A DNA stretch of 63,112 nt, the filler included. It is 5 parts of 5 records of this genome, joined end to end, with 100 filler letters (N's around TTAATTAATTAA, not from the genome) between each part and the next. Parts side by side here need not be neighbours in the genome. Positions count along the whole stretch, not along the records: positions 41,431 to 49,669 come from DRR723986_5294; positions 49,770 to 63,112 come from DRR723986_5296; 3 more parts are not named here. The stretch is one strand, 5' to 3'. Shown here one piece after another: positions 48,427 to 58,181 of the stretch. Numbering within the stretch: position 1 is the first letter of the stretch; the number at the start of each line of letters is the position of its first letter. The position numbers and the translations under genes were made by a program. The notes under the pieces were generated by a model, which was given only the letters and a program-made list of their open reading frames with translations, made no database searches and was not told where the DNA came from.

Positions 48427-49416
48427 ATGACCTCCACCGATCTTCACGCCCGTTCCATCGTCATCGACGCGCTGCAATGCTCCGACTTCAACCGCGAACT
48501 GCTGCTGGATGCGCAGCAGGGCGGCATCAGCGCGATCAACGCCTCTTCCGTCCTGTGGGAGAACTTTCGCGGCGGCATGGACTATGTCTCCATGTGGCGC
48601 GAGAAGCTGGCGGAAAACGCCGATATCGCCATGCCCATCCGCACCACCGAGGACATCCGCCGCGCCAAGGCAGAGGGCAAGGTGGGCATCATCATGGGCT
48701 GGCAGAACACCTCGCCCATCGAGGACCGGCTGGACTATTTCGCGCTGTTCAAGGGGCTGGGCGTCAACATCATGCAGTTGACCTACAACACCCAGAACTT
48801 CTTCGGCGCGGGCTATCTGGAGGCGCGGGACAGCGGGCTGACCGGCTTCGGCCGCGAGGCGGTGGACGCCATGAATGAGGCCGGCATCCTGATCGACCTG
48901 AGCCATGTGGGCATCCAGACCGCGCTGGACACCATCGACTACTCCGCCAAGCCGGTGGCGATCACCCATTGCCTGCCAAGCGCGCTGTCGGATGTGCCGC
49001 GCAACAAGCCGGACGCGTTGTTCGAGGCCTGCGCCGAAAAGGGTGGCGTGATCGGCACCTCGCTGTTCGCGCCGGGGCTGGCCAGGGGCAATGACGCGAC
49101 CGTCGCCGACGTCATCGACGCGCTGGAGCACACGCTTAATCTGGTGGGCGAGGATCACGTCGCCATCGGCACCGACTTCAACCACAACCGCCCGCGCCCC
49201 GGGCCGTGGCTGCTCTGGGCCAACAAGGACAAGGGCACGGGGCGGACGCTGGCGGACTTCGGCTCTGCCAAGATCTCCAAGCCGGAGGGCATCCGCCACA
49301 GCCGCGACTTCGGCAACCTCACCGCCGAGATGCAGCGCCGCGGTTGGAGCGACGTGCGGATCGGCAAGATCCTTGGCGGCAACTGGCTGCGGCTGTTCGA
49401 CCAGACCTGGGGCTGA
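48427..49416 (+). CDS. membrane dipeptidase (M19) family, PA5396-like subgroup
   Basis: MQLTYNTQN, DSGLTGFGRE, IDLSHVG, ITHC, PRNK, AIGTDF, LGGNWLR. Confidence 0.88.
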   Translation: MTSTDLHARSIVIDALQCSDFNRELLLDAQQGGISAINASSVLWENFRGGMDYVSMWREKLAENADIAMPIRTTEDIRRAKAEGKVGIIMGWQNTSPIEDRLDYFALFKGLGVNIMQLTYNTQNFFGAGYLEARDSGLTGFGREAVDAMNEAGILIDLSHVGIQTALDTIDYSAKPVAITHCLPSALSDVPRNKPDALFEACAEKGGVIGTSLFAPGLARGNDATVADVIDALEHTLNLVGEDHVAIGTDFNHNRPRPGPWLLWANKDKGTGRTLADFGSAKISKPEGIRHSRDFGNLTAEMQRRGWSDVRIGKILGGNWLRLFDQTWG

Positions 49417-49619
49417 GCGCCGGCCCCCATACCCCCGCAGCCGCACTCCTTGGCGGCGCGGGGGTTGCGCCGTCACATCGGTGCCGCGACACGCTCCCCC
49501 CGCCGTGCGGGCAAATACTCCCCCGCTCGGCCTTGCAAGCGCCGAGGGCCACGGTCCGCGCAACGGCCGGACTCGCCCCACCCGACAAGGCACCCGCCCA
49601 CCCGTCTCCTTCCCGCCCA

Positions 49620-49669
49620 CCCCTCCTTCTTCGGTCCGAAAAATACCTCGGGGTTCGGGGCAGAGCCCC
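49620..49669. repeat. Rhodobacteraceae-type intergenic REP/MITE-like element at contig end
   Basis: cttcttcggtccgaaaaatacctcggggttcggggcagagcccc resembles roseobacter repeats as recalled; contig breaks inside it. Confidence 0.5.
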
Positions 49670-49769
49670 NNNNNNNNNNNNNNNNNNNNNNNNNNNNNNN
49701 NNNNNNNNNNNNNTTAATTAATTAANNNNNNNNNNNNNNNNNNNNNNNNNNNNNNNNNNNNNNNNNNNN
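49670..49769. other. artificial contig spacer
   Basis: N44-TTAATTAATTAA-N44. Confidence 0.98.
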
Positions 49770-49820
49770 CTTCACCTTCTCAGGCCTCTGAGCAGCCGAC
49801 GATCCCGGTAGCACACCAAT

Positions 49821-49860
49821 AAAAACGCCGGCGTCTGTTGCCAGGACGCCGGCGTTTTTT
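49821..49860. terminator. bidirectional intrinsic terminator
   Basis: aaaaacgccggcgtc-tgttgccag-gacgccggcgtttttt. Confidence 0.88.
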
Positions 49861-49874
49861 GCTTCCCCGGAAGA

Positions 49875-51521
49875 TTAGTCTTTCAACTGATCCCGAATCA
49901 GTTTTTTGTTGATCTTGCCGACGCTGGTTTTGGGAATGTCTTCCACAAAACGCATCTGCTCGGGAATCGCCCATTTATTGATGTCGCCGCTGTCGACAAA
50001 CTGTTGCAGGTGCTGCTTGATATCCTGCTTAGAGATGGATTCTCCGGGCTTCAGGGTGATCAGGGCGTAGGGACGTTCCCCCCATTTCTCATCGGGCACA
50101 CCTACCACCGCAGCCCCGGCAACGGCAGGGTGCTGGCTGATCATGTTCTCCAGGTCGAGCGACGACAGCCATTCGCCTCCGGTCTTGATCACATCCTTGA
50201 TGCGGTCTTTGATGGTCAGCGTGTTGTCCGGCTCCATGGAGGCGACATCACCGGTGTGTAACCAGCCGCCTTCCCACAGTTCCTCGCCTTTGTCCGGTTG
50301 TTTGAAGTAACTCTGGGTCAACCAGGGGGCGCGAGCGACCACTTCACCCTTGGCTTCGCCATCATGGGCTACGGGGTTGCCGTCAGGATCGACAATTTCC
50401 AGTTCCACCATGGGCACGGCTTTACCGGTCTTCACCCGGATTGCGGTTTGCTGCTCCAGGGGCAGTTCAAGATCCGCCGGGGAGAGGTGCGTGGTGCTCA
50501 GCAGCGGGCAGGTTTCGGACATGCCGTAGCCGGTGAACATCTTGATGCCCAGTTTCGCCCCCGCATCGCACAGGCCTTTGGTCAGGGCGCTGCCACCGAT
50601 GAGCACATGCCAGTTGCTCAGGTCTGCGGTCTTGATGGACTCGGTGGCCATCATCATCTGCATGATGGTGGGCACGCAGTGGGAGAAACTGACTTTGTGC
50701 TCCTTGAGCAGATCCACCAGCAACTCGGGTTCATAGCGACCGGGATAGACCTGCTTTATTCCCATCATGGTGGCCGCGTAGGGCACGCCCCAGGCGTGAA
50801 CGTGGAACATGGGCGTGACCGGCATATACACCGACGATGAACGCAACAGCGGCATTTCGTCGAAATGGGAGATGCTGCCGGCCATGGAAAGCGTATGCAG
50901 TACCAGCTGGCGGTGGCTGAAATACACGCCTTTCGGGTTACCGGTGGTGCCGGTGGTGTAGAAAGTGGTGGCGACGCTGTTCTCGTCGAAATCGGGGAAG
51001 TCGAAGTGGTCGCTGGCCCCCGCGAGCAGGGCTTCGTACTCGCCGTGGGTGTCGAAAGAGGCGTTGCCCGGCTTGTCGCTGTCGGTTACCTGAATCCAGG
51101 TTTTGACGGTTTTGATCTCGTCTTTCACGCCCTCGATGATGGGCAGGAAGTCATCGTGCACCAGTACCGCGTCGTCTTCGGCGTGGTTCATGGTGTAAAC
51201 GATCTGCTCCGGCGACAGGCGCACGTTGACCGTGTGCAGTATGGCGCCAATCATCGGAATCGCAAAGAAACACTCCAGGTACCGTGGGGTATCCCAATCC
51301 ATCACAGCCACGGTATCGCCGGGTTTGATACCGGCATCTGTCAGGGCATTGGCAAGTCGATGGATGCGTTCGACAAGGTCCTTGTAGGTGTACTTGCTGC
51401 GATCGGCGTAAACGATTTCCTGGTCCGGGTTGTAGCGGGGGCCGGACATCAGCAACCGCTTGATCAGGAGCTGGTACTGGTGGGCATTGTCAGCCGGTTT
51501 GAGAATTCGGGGTTGAGCCAT
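49875..51521 (-). CDS. medium/long-chain fatty acid-CoA ligase (AlkK/DmdB-like)
   Basis: YTTGTTGNPKG, PMFHVHAWG, GYGMSET, WLHTGD, IPKTSVGK. Confidence 0.93.
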   Translation of the reverse strand: MAQPRILKPADNAHQYQLLIKRLLMSGPRYNPDQEIVYADRSKYTYKDLVERIHRLANALTDAGIKPGDTVAVMDWDTPRYLECFFAIPMIGAILHTVNVRLSPEQIVYTMNHAEDDAVLVHDDFLPIIEGVKDEIKTVKTWIQVTDSDKPGNASFDTHGEYEALLAGASDHFDFPDFDENSVATTFYTTGTTGNPKGVYFSHRQLVLHTLSMAGSISHFDEMPLLRSSSVYMPVTPMFHVHAWGVPYAATMMGIKQVYPGRYEPELLVDLLKEHKVSFSHCVPTIMQMMMATESIKTADLSNWHVLIGGSALTKGLCDAGAKLGIKMFTGYGMSETCPLLSTTHLSPADLELPLEQQTAIRVKTGKAVPMVELEIVDPDGNPVAHDGEAKGEVVARAPWLTQSYFKQPDKGEELWEGGWLHTGDVASMEPDNTLTIKDRIKDVIKTGGEWLSSLDLENMISQHPAVAGAAVVGVPDEKWGERPYALITLKPGESISKQDIKQHLQQFVDSGDINKWAIPEQMRFVEDIPKTSVGKINKKLIRDQLKD

Positions 51522-51584
51522 GTTGTTGTCCTCTTTCTCTGCTTATGTTTGTTGTCACGGTAAGAAAGACGGGCTGAGTGGGGC

Positions 51585-51866
51585 TTATCCGTAGGTACAG
51601 AGATAAGCAGTATCGGCATCCGTTTTTGCTTTGAAGCTTGCTTGCCCCGCTACCTCAAAGCTCTCGCCGGCGCCGAAGGTTTGCCAGTCTTGCTGGCCTG
51701 GCAGCAGCACGGTCAGTTCACCGCTGACGACCGTCATGGTTTCTTTTTCTGAGGTGCCGAATTCGTATTCTCCGGCACTGATAACACCGATTGTGGCAGG
51801 CAGTGTGCTGGACTGGAAAGCCACTGATTTTACCTTGCCATCGAAGTATTCATTGACTGTCAGCAT
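51585..51866 (-). CDS. ppnP: pyrimidine/purine nucleoside phosphorylase
   Basis: MLTVNEYFDGKVKSVAF..GEYEFGT..ETMTVVSG..AYLCTY. Confidence 0.9.
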   Translation of the reverse strand: MLTVNEYFDGKVKSVAFQSSTLPATIGVISAGEYEFGTSEKETMTVVSGELTVLLPGQQDWQTFGAGESFEVAGQASFKAKTDADTAYLCTYG

Positions 51867-51932
51867 GTCTGGTATTCCTTGAAATGGTTTGCAGCCTACT
51901 ATACTGGAAATTCCTGTGCTGCCAATCACAAA

Positions 51933-52343
51933 CTATTGGTTTGAGGTACCTTTTCCAGTTCGGGTTGGCTGCCCGTGCTTTAGCTCCTCGAGCCCGCTAT
52001 TGAGTTTGTGGGTAACCGGGTCATATCGTTCCTGCAGCTCATCCTTGATGGTGCCGGCCCAGAGTTTGGTGCCGGTGAAATAACCGGCCCGGCCTATGAC
52101 ATGAGCGGCGATCGGAGCTGTCAGAAAAATGAAGATAACAATGGCAACCGCCCGCGCGGCCACGGTACTGTCCCCGAAATAGAACGCCACGCCACCCATG
52201 GTCATCATGGCGCCCAGGGCACCGGCTTTGGTGGTGGCGTGCATGCGGGTGGGGAGGTCGGGCAACCTCAGAACGCCGATGGCGGCCAGTACCATGAAAG
52301 CAGCGCCCACCAGGAGCAGGACCGATACCAGTATTTCAATCAT
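51933..52343 (-). CDS. mrpG: Mrp antiporter subunit G (group 1)
   Basis: GVLRLPDLPTRMHATTKAG, LTAPIAAH. Confidence 0.92.
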   Translation of the reverse strand: MIEILVSVLLLVGAAFMVLAAIGVLRLPDLPTRMHATTKAGALGAMMTMGGVAFYFGDSTVAARAVAIVIFIFLTAPIAAHVIGRAGYFTGTKLWAGTIKDELQERYDPVTHKLNSGLEELKHGQPTRTGKGTSNQ

Positions 52344-52608
52344 TCTTTACGCCTCCCCGCTCGACGAATCTGGCGAAGCCGATGGCTGCCAGAAAGGCAG
52401 TCAGAGCGATAACGATGGCAACATCCAGAAAACTGGCCACGCCGGTGTCAATCGCGTGCACTCCCACATAGCCGACCACGATGGAGGCGATCAGCTCCAG
52501 TGCGACCACCCGGTCCGGCAGGGATGGCCCCCGGGTGAGCCGAATGAAGGCGAAGAGCAACGCCAGTGACAGCATGAGATAGACAATATTGATCACCACA
52601 TTCAGCAT
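52336..52608 (-). CDS. mrpF: Mrp antiporter subunit F (group 1)
   Basis: RLTRGPSLPDRVVALE; 3 TM. Confidence 0.92.
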   Translation of the reverse strand: MLNVVINIVYLMLSLALLFAFIRLTRGPSLPDRVVALELIASIVVGYVGVHAIDTGVASFLDVAIVIALTAFLAAIGFARFVERGGVKND

Positions 52609-52618
52609 GACTGGCCTC

Positions 52619-53092
52619 CTAGCGCGTCACCTTCAGGATTCGGCGTTCGAGTTCTCTCAGGTCGCTTCTGAGCTGCTCTTCGTCGTGAAGAAACATGGCG
52701 TGGATAAACAGCACCTTCCGATCGTCAGAGACATCCAGGCTCAGTGTCCCGGGTGTGAGAGAAATGACACTGCTGACAAACAGAATTTCCATGTCGGTCT
52801 CAGCCCGGAGCGGAAACGCGATCACCCCCGGCTTCATATGCCAGACGGGCGTTGCGATGTCATAGGCGACCCGCAGATTCGACTTCACCAGTTCTTTCAG
52901 GAAATACACCAGGAAAGCGGCGAGACGGGGAATCCGGCGGGAATACCCTTTCAACACCGGCACCTGTTTCTGCAGCACCATGAGGGCGACGTAGCCAAAG
53001 ATAAAACCTGCCAGCAAGTTCATGGCCGTGATGCTGCCCGTGAGGGTTACCCAGGCCAGAGCCAGCAGTAAATTCCAGAACAGGCCGATCAT
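52619..53092 (-). CDS. mrpE: Mrp antiporter subunit E (group 1)
   Basis: SNLRVA, ISLTPGTL, LFIH. Confidence 0.92.
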   Translation of the reverse strand: MIGLFWNLLLALAWVTLTGSITAMNLLAGFIFGYVALMVLQKQVPVLKGYSRRIPRLAAFLVYFLKELVKSNLRVAYDIATPVWHMKPGVIAFPLRAETDMEILFVSSVISLTPGTLSLDVSDDRKVLFIHAMFLHDEEQLRSDLRELERRILKVTR

Positions 53093-54603
53093 TCAGGCTG
53101 CCCTCCCAGAACGGCTGCGATGTAAAGCTGCGGGTTCATCAGCTGTTCGGCGGCGGATTCTGCAAGCATGTATATGGGCTGACCATAGAGGCCGATAATC
53201 AGAGTGCACACCGCAAGCGCCACCACCGGGGTGTAGTAGGCCCAACTGCGTTGGTCTTTGATGTCACCATTGAGCCGTCTGGTGTCGGTAACGTGCTCGG
53301 GGACTTTCTTCCAGAACACTTCCGCCCAGATCTTGATCATGGAGTAGAGCGTCAGCAAGCCCACCAGCAGGGCCACCGCTGCGATAAGGTATTCACTGGA
53401 TTCCAGTGTGGCACGGACAACAACGAACTTGGCGAAAAAACCGGATAAAGGCGGAATGCCGGCCAGCGACAAGGCCGGGATCAGGAATAACAGCGCCAGA
53501 TAAGGTCGCTGCCGATACACGCCACCCAGGTCTTTCAGGTCATAACCGCCCAGCAGGCGGTAGGTGATGCCGCTCACCAGGAACAGATTCGTTTTAACGA
53601 TGATGTGGTGCATGATGTAAAACACGCCGCCAATCAGTGCCAGGGGCGTAAACAGCGCCAGTCCCAGCAGCATATAGCCGATCTGGCTGACGATGTGGAA
53701 GGATAGAATCCTCCGGAACTCGAACTGCGCGGCAGCGCCGAGCACACCGGTCAGCATGGTCAGAGCGGCCGCCCAGAGCAGGATGGTGTGGGTGTACTCC
53801 ACATCCTGGGTGAAAATCAGGGTGAATACCCGATAGAGCGCATACACCCCGACTTTGGTCAGCAATCCCGCGAACAGAGCTGAGACCGCGACCTGAGGAG
53901 TGTGGTACGAGGCCGGGAGCCAGAAAAACAATGGGAATGCCGCTGCCTTGATACCGAACGACACCATGAACATGAGCGACACCACCGTGATCATGCCTGG
54001 ATCATCAACCCGGCTTACCTTCTGGGCGATATCCGCCATGTTGAGGGTGCCCACCATGCCGTACAGCAGGCCAACGGCCGACAGGAAGAGGGCCGATGAA
54101 AACAGGTTCAGGGTAACGTACTTGATAGCGCCTTCCATCTGGGCACGCTCGCCACCGAGGGTGAGCAGGGCAAAGGATGCCAGCAGCATGACCTCAAACC
54201 AGACGAAGAGGTTGAAAATATCGCCGGTCAGAAAGGCGCCAGCGACTCCGGCAAGCAACAGGTGCATCAGCGGGTAGTAGCCGAACCTTTCATGGCCCGG
54301 AGGCGTTGAAGCCAGAGAATAGATGGCGATGGCGAGCCCGATCATGCCAGTCAGCACAATCATGATGGCGCTTAGGATGTCAGCTACCAGCACAATACTG
54401 AACGGTGCCGGCCAGCTGCCCATTTCCACTACCAGGAAACCTTTGTCGATGGTTGAACGCAACAGCCAGATGCTGGCGACCAGTAAAAGAGCGGTGGCCA
54501 CCACGCTAACCAGACGTTGCAGCTGAACCGATCGCCACAAAGCCAGGGATAGAGCGCCCGCAGTCAGGGGGATCAGGATCGGGAGAACAACTTCCAGGTT
54601 CAA
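53089..54603 (-). CDS. mrpD: Mrp antiporter subunit D (group 1)
   Basis: [41 protein letters not shown] start. Confidence 0.93.
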   Translation of the reverse strand: MNLEVVLPILIPLTAGALSLALWRSVQLQRLVSVVATALLLVASIWLLRSTIDKGFLVVEMGSWPAPFSIVLVADILSAIMIVLTGMIGLAIAIYSLASTPPGHERFGYYPLMHLLLAGVAGAFLTGDIFNLFVWFEVMLLASFALLTLGGERAQMEGAIKYVTLNLFSSALFLSAVGLLYGMVGTLNMADIAQKVSRVDDPGMITVVSLMFMVSFGIKAAAFPLFFWLPASYHTPQVAVSALFAGLLTKVGVYALYRVFTLIFTQDVEYTHTILLWAAALTMLTGVLGAAAQFEFRRILSFHIVSQIGYMLLGLALFTPLALIGGVFYIMHHIIVKTNLFLVSGITYRLLGGYDLKDLGGVYRQRPYLALLFLIPALSLAGIPPLSGFFAKFVVVRATLESSEYLIAAVALLVGLLTLYSMIKIWAEVFWKKVPEHVTDTRRLNGDIKDQRSWAYYTPVVALAVCTLIIGLYGQPIYMLAESAAEQLMNPQLYIAAVLGGQPE

Positions 54604-54947
54604 GTGTCGGTATCCTTCATCTTGTCCAGATCGTCGGTGCCCACCACCTCATACGCCTTGCGGATCAGAACCACAGCGAAGGCCAGAACGCTGAACGCGA
54701 TCACAATAGCGGTAAGGATGAGAGCTTGAGGCAATGGATCCGCTACTGCTCCCGCTACCTGCTTTGCGCCGTCAGCGATGAGTGGCGGAGCGCCTCGGGT
54801 TAAACCCGAAACCACGAAAATCAGCAGGTTTGCCGCATTGCTCAGAATGATCAGGCCAATAACGATTTTCACGATGGAGCGCCTGAGCATCATGTAGATA
54901 CTGGCCGCGAACAGGGCGCCAACCACCAGTGCCATCAGGCTCCCCAT
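54600..54947 (-). CDS. mrpC: Mrp antiporter subunit C (group 1)
   Basis: [24 protein letters not shown] before ATG 54947. Confidence 0.92.
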   Translation of the reverse strand: MGSLMALVVGALFAASIYMMLRRSIVKIVIGLIILSNAANLLIFVVSGLTRGAPPLIADGAKQVAGAVADPLPQALILTAIVIAFSVLAFAVVLIRKAYEVVGTDDLDKMKDTDT

Positions 54948-54981
54948 TGCAAGGCTCCCCGTTCCAAAAAGTGTGTTCGAC

Positions 54982-55407
54982 TCATCCCTCAACCTCCATC
55001 AGACCGATCAAAAATGCCATAAGCGTTCCCAGCACCGCCAGATACACACCAATGTCGAAGACCAGAACGGTTGATAGTTTCAGGTAGCTGTCTCCAGGCA
55101 GCGGAAGCTGCCACCAATGGGCGGTCAGCATGGCCTGGCCAGAAAGCAGGGCCGGAATGGTGGATGCCAGCCCGAACAGCAGGCCGGCTGCCAGGAGATC
55201 TTTGGGGTGCACCCTGAGGAGTTTCCGGGTAGCTTGCGCGCCGAAGGAGAAGGCATAGAGGACAAACGCGCTTGCGGCGACCAGGCCGCCGATGAAGCCA
55301 CCGCCAGGCTCGTCGTGTCCGCGAAAAAGCAGGAAAACCGAAAACATCAGTTGCAGCGGCATGATCGCCAAGGCTGCGGTATGCAGGATCAGGGTATTGT
55401 GCTTCAT
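54982..55407 (-). CDS. mrpB: Mrp antiporter subunit B (group 1)
   Basis: [21 protein letters not shown]. Confidence 0.92.
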   Translation of the reverse strand: MKHNTLILHTAALAIMPLQLMFSVFLLFRGHDEPGGGFIGGLVAASAFVLYAFSFGAQATRKLLRVHPKDLLAAGLLFGLASTIPALLSGQAMLTAHWWQLPLPGDSYLKLSTVLVFDIGVYLAVLGTLMAFLIGLMEVEG

Positions 55408-57713
55408 GGCTTGTACTGATCCTCCGCCCTGAGCTTGATCATGGAGTACACACCAATCGCCGAAAGACCCAGAACAAAGATTTCCCCCAGAGTATCCAGT
55501 TGCCGGAAGTCCACCAGAATCACGTTGACAATGTTCTTGCCAAACGCGAGGCCGTAGCTGTTTTCAACGTAGTAACTGGAAATGCTCTCAAAATACTGGA
55601 TATTCAGAACCGCCAGCATAATGAGTGTCATCACCACGCCTGCAAACACTGCGACAGACAGGTCCCTGTATCGTTCCCAGGAGGAAGACAGTTTGGCAAA
55701 CGCGGGCAACCGAAACAGCACCAGCACCAGCAGGATAACGGTGAGGGTCTCCACCAGCAGTTGGGTAATGCCCAGGTCCGGGGCACTGAAGTGAATGAAA
55801 GTCAGGGCCACACCAAATCCTGCAACCCCCAGCGACGCCACAGAACCAAGGCGGGATCGGGTGACACAGGCAAAAACCGTCGCCGCAACAATCAGCAGCG
55901 CGATGCCCCATTCGTAGAAAAAACTGTCGCTGAAGTCGAAATCCAGCTGCAGACCGTGCCGCGTCAGCAGCGTGAAGCCCGTCAGAGAAAACGTGACAAG
56001 AACCAGAACCAGTAAATAGGTGCCGAGAACGCCATTCTGTAGGATTCGTGTCTGCCAGCCAGCAACCTGACTGATCCCCTCCATAAAACGGAAATAACCG
56101 GCTTCCGGGCCGAATCGGCTGGCGGCGGTATTCATCGCATACAGGGTTGGTTGCAGTCTGTGCCAGGCCGCTACGAGGAACGAGCCTGCCAGGAGACTGA
56201 GACCGGAAAGCATCAGGGGAAGGTTAATGCCGTGCCAGAGGGCGAGGGCGGTTTCCACCGGGTAGCCGGAGACTGCTGAAATAGCGGCGTCCAGAACCAG
56301 ATTTGCGGGCAGAGATGGCATGAAGCCGAAGATCAGGGCGAGCATTGTCAAAACGCCGGGGCCGACGAGCATCGCAAACGGGGCCTCGTGGGGCAGTTTG
56401 GGCGTTTTGACAACCGGGCCGAAAAAAGGCTTGATAATCACCAGGCCGGCGACCGCCACCACCAGCATGGCCGAGAGAACGGCGGCCACCAAAAGCCCGG
56501 TTTGCCATATTGGCGCATGCAACAGCGACTCCAGTAACAGTTCCTTGGCCACGAACCCGAACAGCGGTGGAAGCCCTGCGAGGGATAAGGCCGCAAGTCC
56601 GGTAATAACGGCTGTCTTTGGCATGCTGTGCCTCAGGCCACCCATCCGGGTAATGTCTTTGGTGCCGGTTTCGTGGTCCAGTGCGCCGGCGAGCATAAAC
56701 AAGGCGCCCTTATACAGCGAGTGGGCCACCAGGAAACAGATGAAAGCTGTGATGGCCAGTTCCGTCCCCACGCCCACCAGCATGGTCAGGGTGCCCAGCG
56801 CCATCACCGTGGAATAGGCCAGAACCTTTTTGATGCCGGTGCTGCTATAGGCAAGATAGGCGCCGGTGAGCATAGTGACGGCACCAAACACCAACAGCGA
56901 GCCGCTCCAAAGCATGTCTCCGTCCATTGACGGGTTCAGGCGGGCCAGCAGATACACACCCGCCTTCACCATGGTCGCAGAATGCAGGTAGGCCGAAACC
57001 GGGGTGGGCGCAGCCATGGCGTTTGGTAGCCAGAAGTGGAAAGGCGCCTGCGCGGATTTGGTAAAGGCGCCAATCAGTATGCAGACTGCTGCCGCGGTGT
57101 AATACGGGTGCTCATGAATGGACAGTTCTGACGCCAGAAGGCCCGAGAAGGAGGAATCCCCGGTGATAAAAATCAGCAGGATCAGGCCCGCCATCAACAC
57201 GAGCCCGCCACCTGCGGTTACGAACAGGCCCTGGAGGGCAAACTTGCGCGCTTCGGTATCTTCATGGTTGAAGCCGATCAGCATGTAGGAGGTGATGCTG
57301 GTCAGTTCCCAGAACACAAAAAAGGTAATGAGGTTGTCCGAGAGTACCAGCCCGAGCATCGAGGCCATGAACGACAACATGATGACGTAGAACCTTGCCA
57401 GGTCTTTGTGGCCTTTAAGATAGGAGCCTGCATAGATCAGAATGAAGGTGCCGATGCCGCTGATCAGAAGGGCGAACACCAGGGACAGGCCATCAACCAT
57501 GAAGTCCAGGGTAATCCCGAGGCCTGGCATCCAGGGCGTTTCAAGCAGGAGCTTTTCACCACCACGGATCGCGGGAATCAGGCTGGCGAAGTAGGCGGTG
57601 AGGGAGGCGGGGAGCAGAGCCAGTACCCAGCCGATGTAACTGCCTGCCAAACGATATAGCGCCGGTACCGCGACCGCCAGCATAAAACCGGATAGCACAG
57701 CCAGTAACATCAT
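55404..57713 (-). CDS. mrpA: Mrp antiporter subunit A (group 1)
   Basis: FWELTS, FTKSAQAPFHFWLP, AYLHSATMVKAG, NVILVDFRQLDTLGE; MrpB encoded separately. Confidence 0.94.
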   Translation of the reverse strand: MMLLAVLSGFMLAVAVPALYRLAGSYIGWVLALLPASLTAYFASLIPAIRGGEKLLLETPWMPGLGITLDFMVDGLSLVFALLISGIGTFILIYAGSYLKGHKDLARFYVIMLSFMASMLGLVLSDNLITFFVFWELTSITSYMLIGFNHEDTEARKFALQGLFVTAGGGLVLMAGLILLIFITGDSSFSGLLASELSIHEHPYYTAAAVCILIGAFTKSAQAPFHFWLPNAMAAPTPVSAYLHSATMVKAGVYLLARLNPSMDGDMLWSGSLLVFGAVTMLTGAYLAYSSTGIKKVLAYSTVMALGTLTMLVGVGTELAITAFICFLVAHSLYKGALFMLAGALDHETGTKDITRMGGLRHSMPKTAVITGLAALSLAGLPPLFGFVAKELLLESLLHAPIWQTGLLVAAVLSAMLVVAVAGLVIIKPFFGPVVKTPKLPHEAPFAMLVGPGVLTMLALIFGFMPSLPANLVLDAAISAVSGYPVETALALWHGINLPLMLSGLSLLAGSFLVAAWHRLQPTLYAMNTAASRFGPEAGYFRFMEGISQVAGWQTRILQNGVLGTYLLVLVLVTFSLTGFTLLTRHGLQLDFDFSDSFFYEWGIALLIVAATVFACVTRSRLGSVASLGVAGFGVALTFIHFSAPDLGITQLLVETLTVILLVLVLFRLPAFAKLSSSWERYRDLSVAVFAGVVMTLIMLAVLNIQYFESISSYYVENSYGLAFGKNIVNVILVDFRQLDTLGEIFVLGLSAIGVYSMIKLRAEDQYKP

Positions 57714-57796
57714 GGGAGAGGACTCCTTAAAGACCTGACTTTACGGGTATTGAAATATATCGGTGCCGGTAGCCTTTTGATTTATACGATTGTTTT

Positions 57797-57836
57797 GAAC
57801 AAAAGGCTCACTGAGCCCTTGAATGAAAAGGGCTCA
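57797..57836 (-). terminator. overlapping alternative hairpins at the phaG stop (terminator/antiterminator candidate)
   Basis: mRNA UGAGCCCUU-UUCAUUC-AAGGGCUCA-G-UGAGCC-UUUUGUUC. Confidence 0.55.
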
Positions 57837-58166
57837 TTGATCCCAGGTCTGACCGCGAGTTTCCTTGGAGGTTCTGACTTCCAGGTGCATAGCGGCTTTT
57901 GCCAGGAAGTTAGCGCTGATGGGCGCCGTCATGAACAGGAACGCCGTGATCAGGATTTCCTCGATCCCGATGCCTCGTCCAAGCGTGCTGAAGTAGATCA
58001 CGGAGCTGATCACGATGGCGCCAACGCCAACCGTGGTGGCTTTGGTTGGGCCGTGTAGTCGGGTGTAGAAATCCGGCAGTCGAGCCAGACCAATGGCACC
58101 GATGAGGGTAAAAACGCCACCGATAATCAGCATGGCGGAAATGGCGTATTCTGCGAAGGTGCTCAT
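57834..58166 (-). CDS. phaG: Mrp/Pha antiporter subunit G (group 2)
   Basis: LARLPDFYTRLHGPTKATT, MTAPISAN. Confidence 0.92.
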   Translation of the reverse strand: MSTFAEYAISAMLIIGGVFTLIGAIGLARLPDFYTRLHGPTKATTVGVGAIVISSVIYFSTLGRGIGIEEILITAFLFMTAPISANFLAKAAMHLEVRTSKETRGQTWDQ

Positions 58167-58181
58167 AGGGTGTCCTCCGGG

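Noticed and set aside
41630-49620. Many long overlapping ORFs and N-terminal extensions (41630-42685, 42594-43787, 44365-45570, 45123-46973, 47144-48382, 47806-49416, 48337-49620)
   Set aside because: High-GC stop-codon scarcity; the real genes start at internal ATGs coupled to neighbouring stops.
16248-49769. Four recurring TTAATTAATTAA motifs inside N-runs
   Set aside because: Identical 100-bp artificial spacers with stops in all frames; composition and gene content change across each, so no cross-spacer linkage was inferred.
49875-51521. Calling the CoA ligase dmdB (DMSP demethylation pathway)
   Set aside because: Cannot be separated from AlkK-type ligases by eye, and no dmd genes are adjacent.
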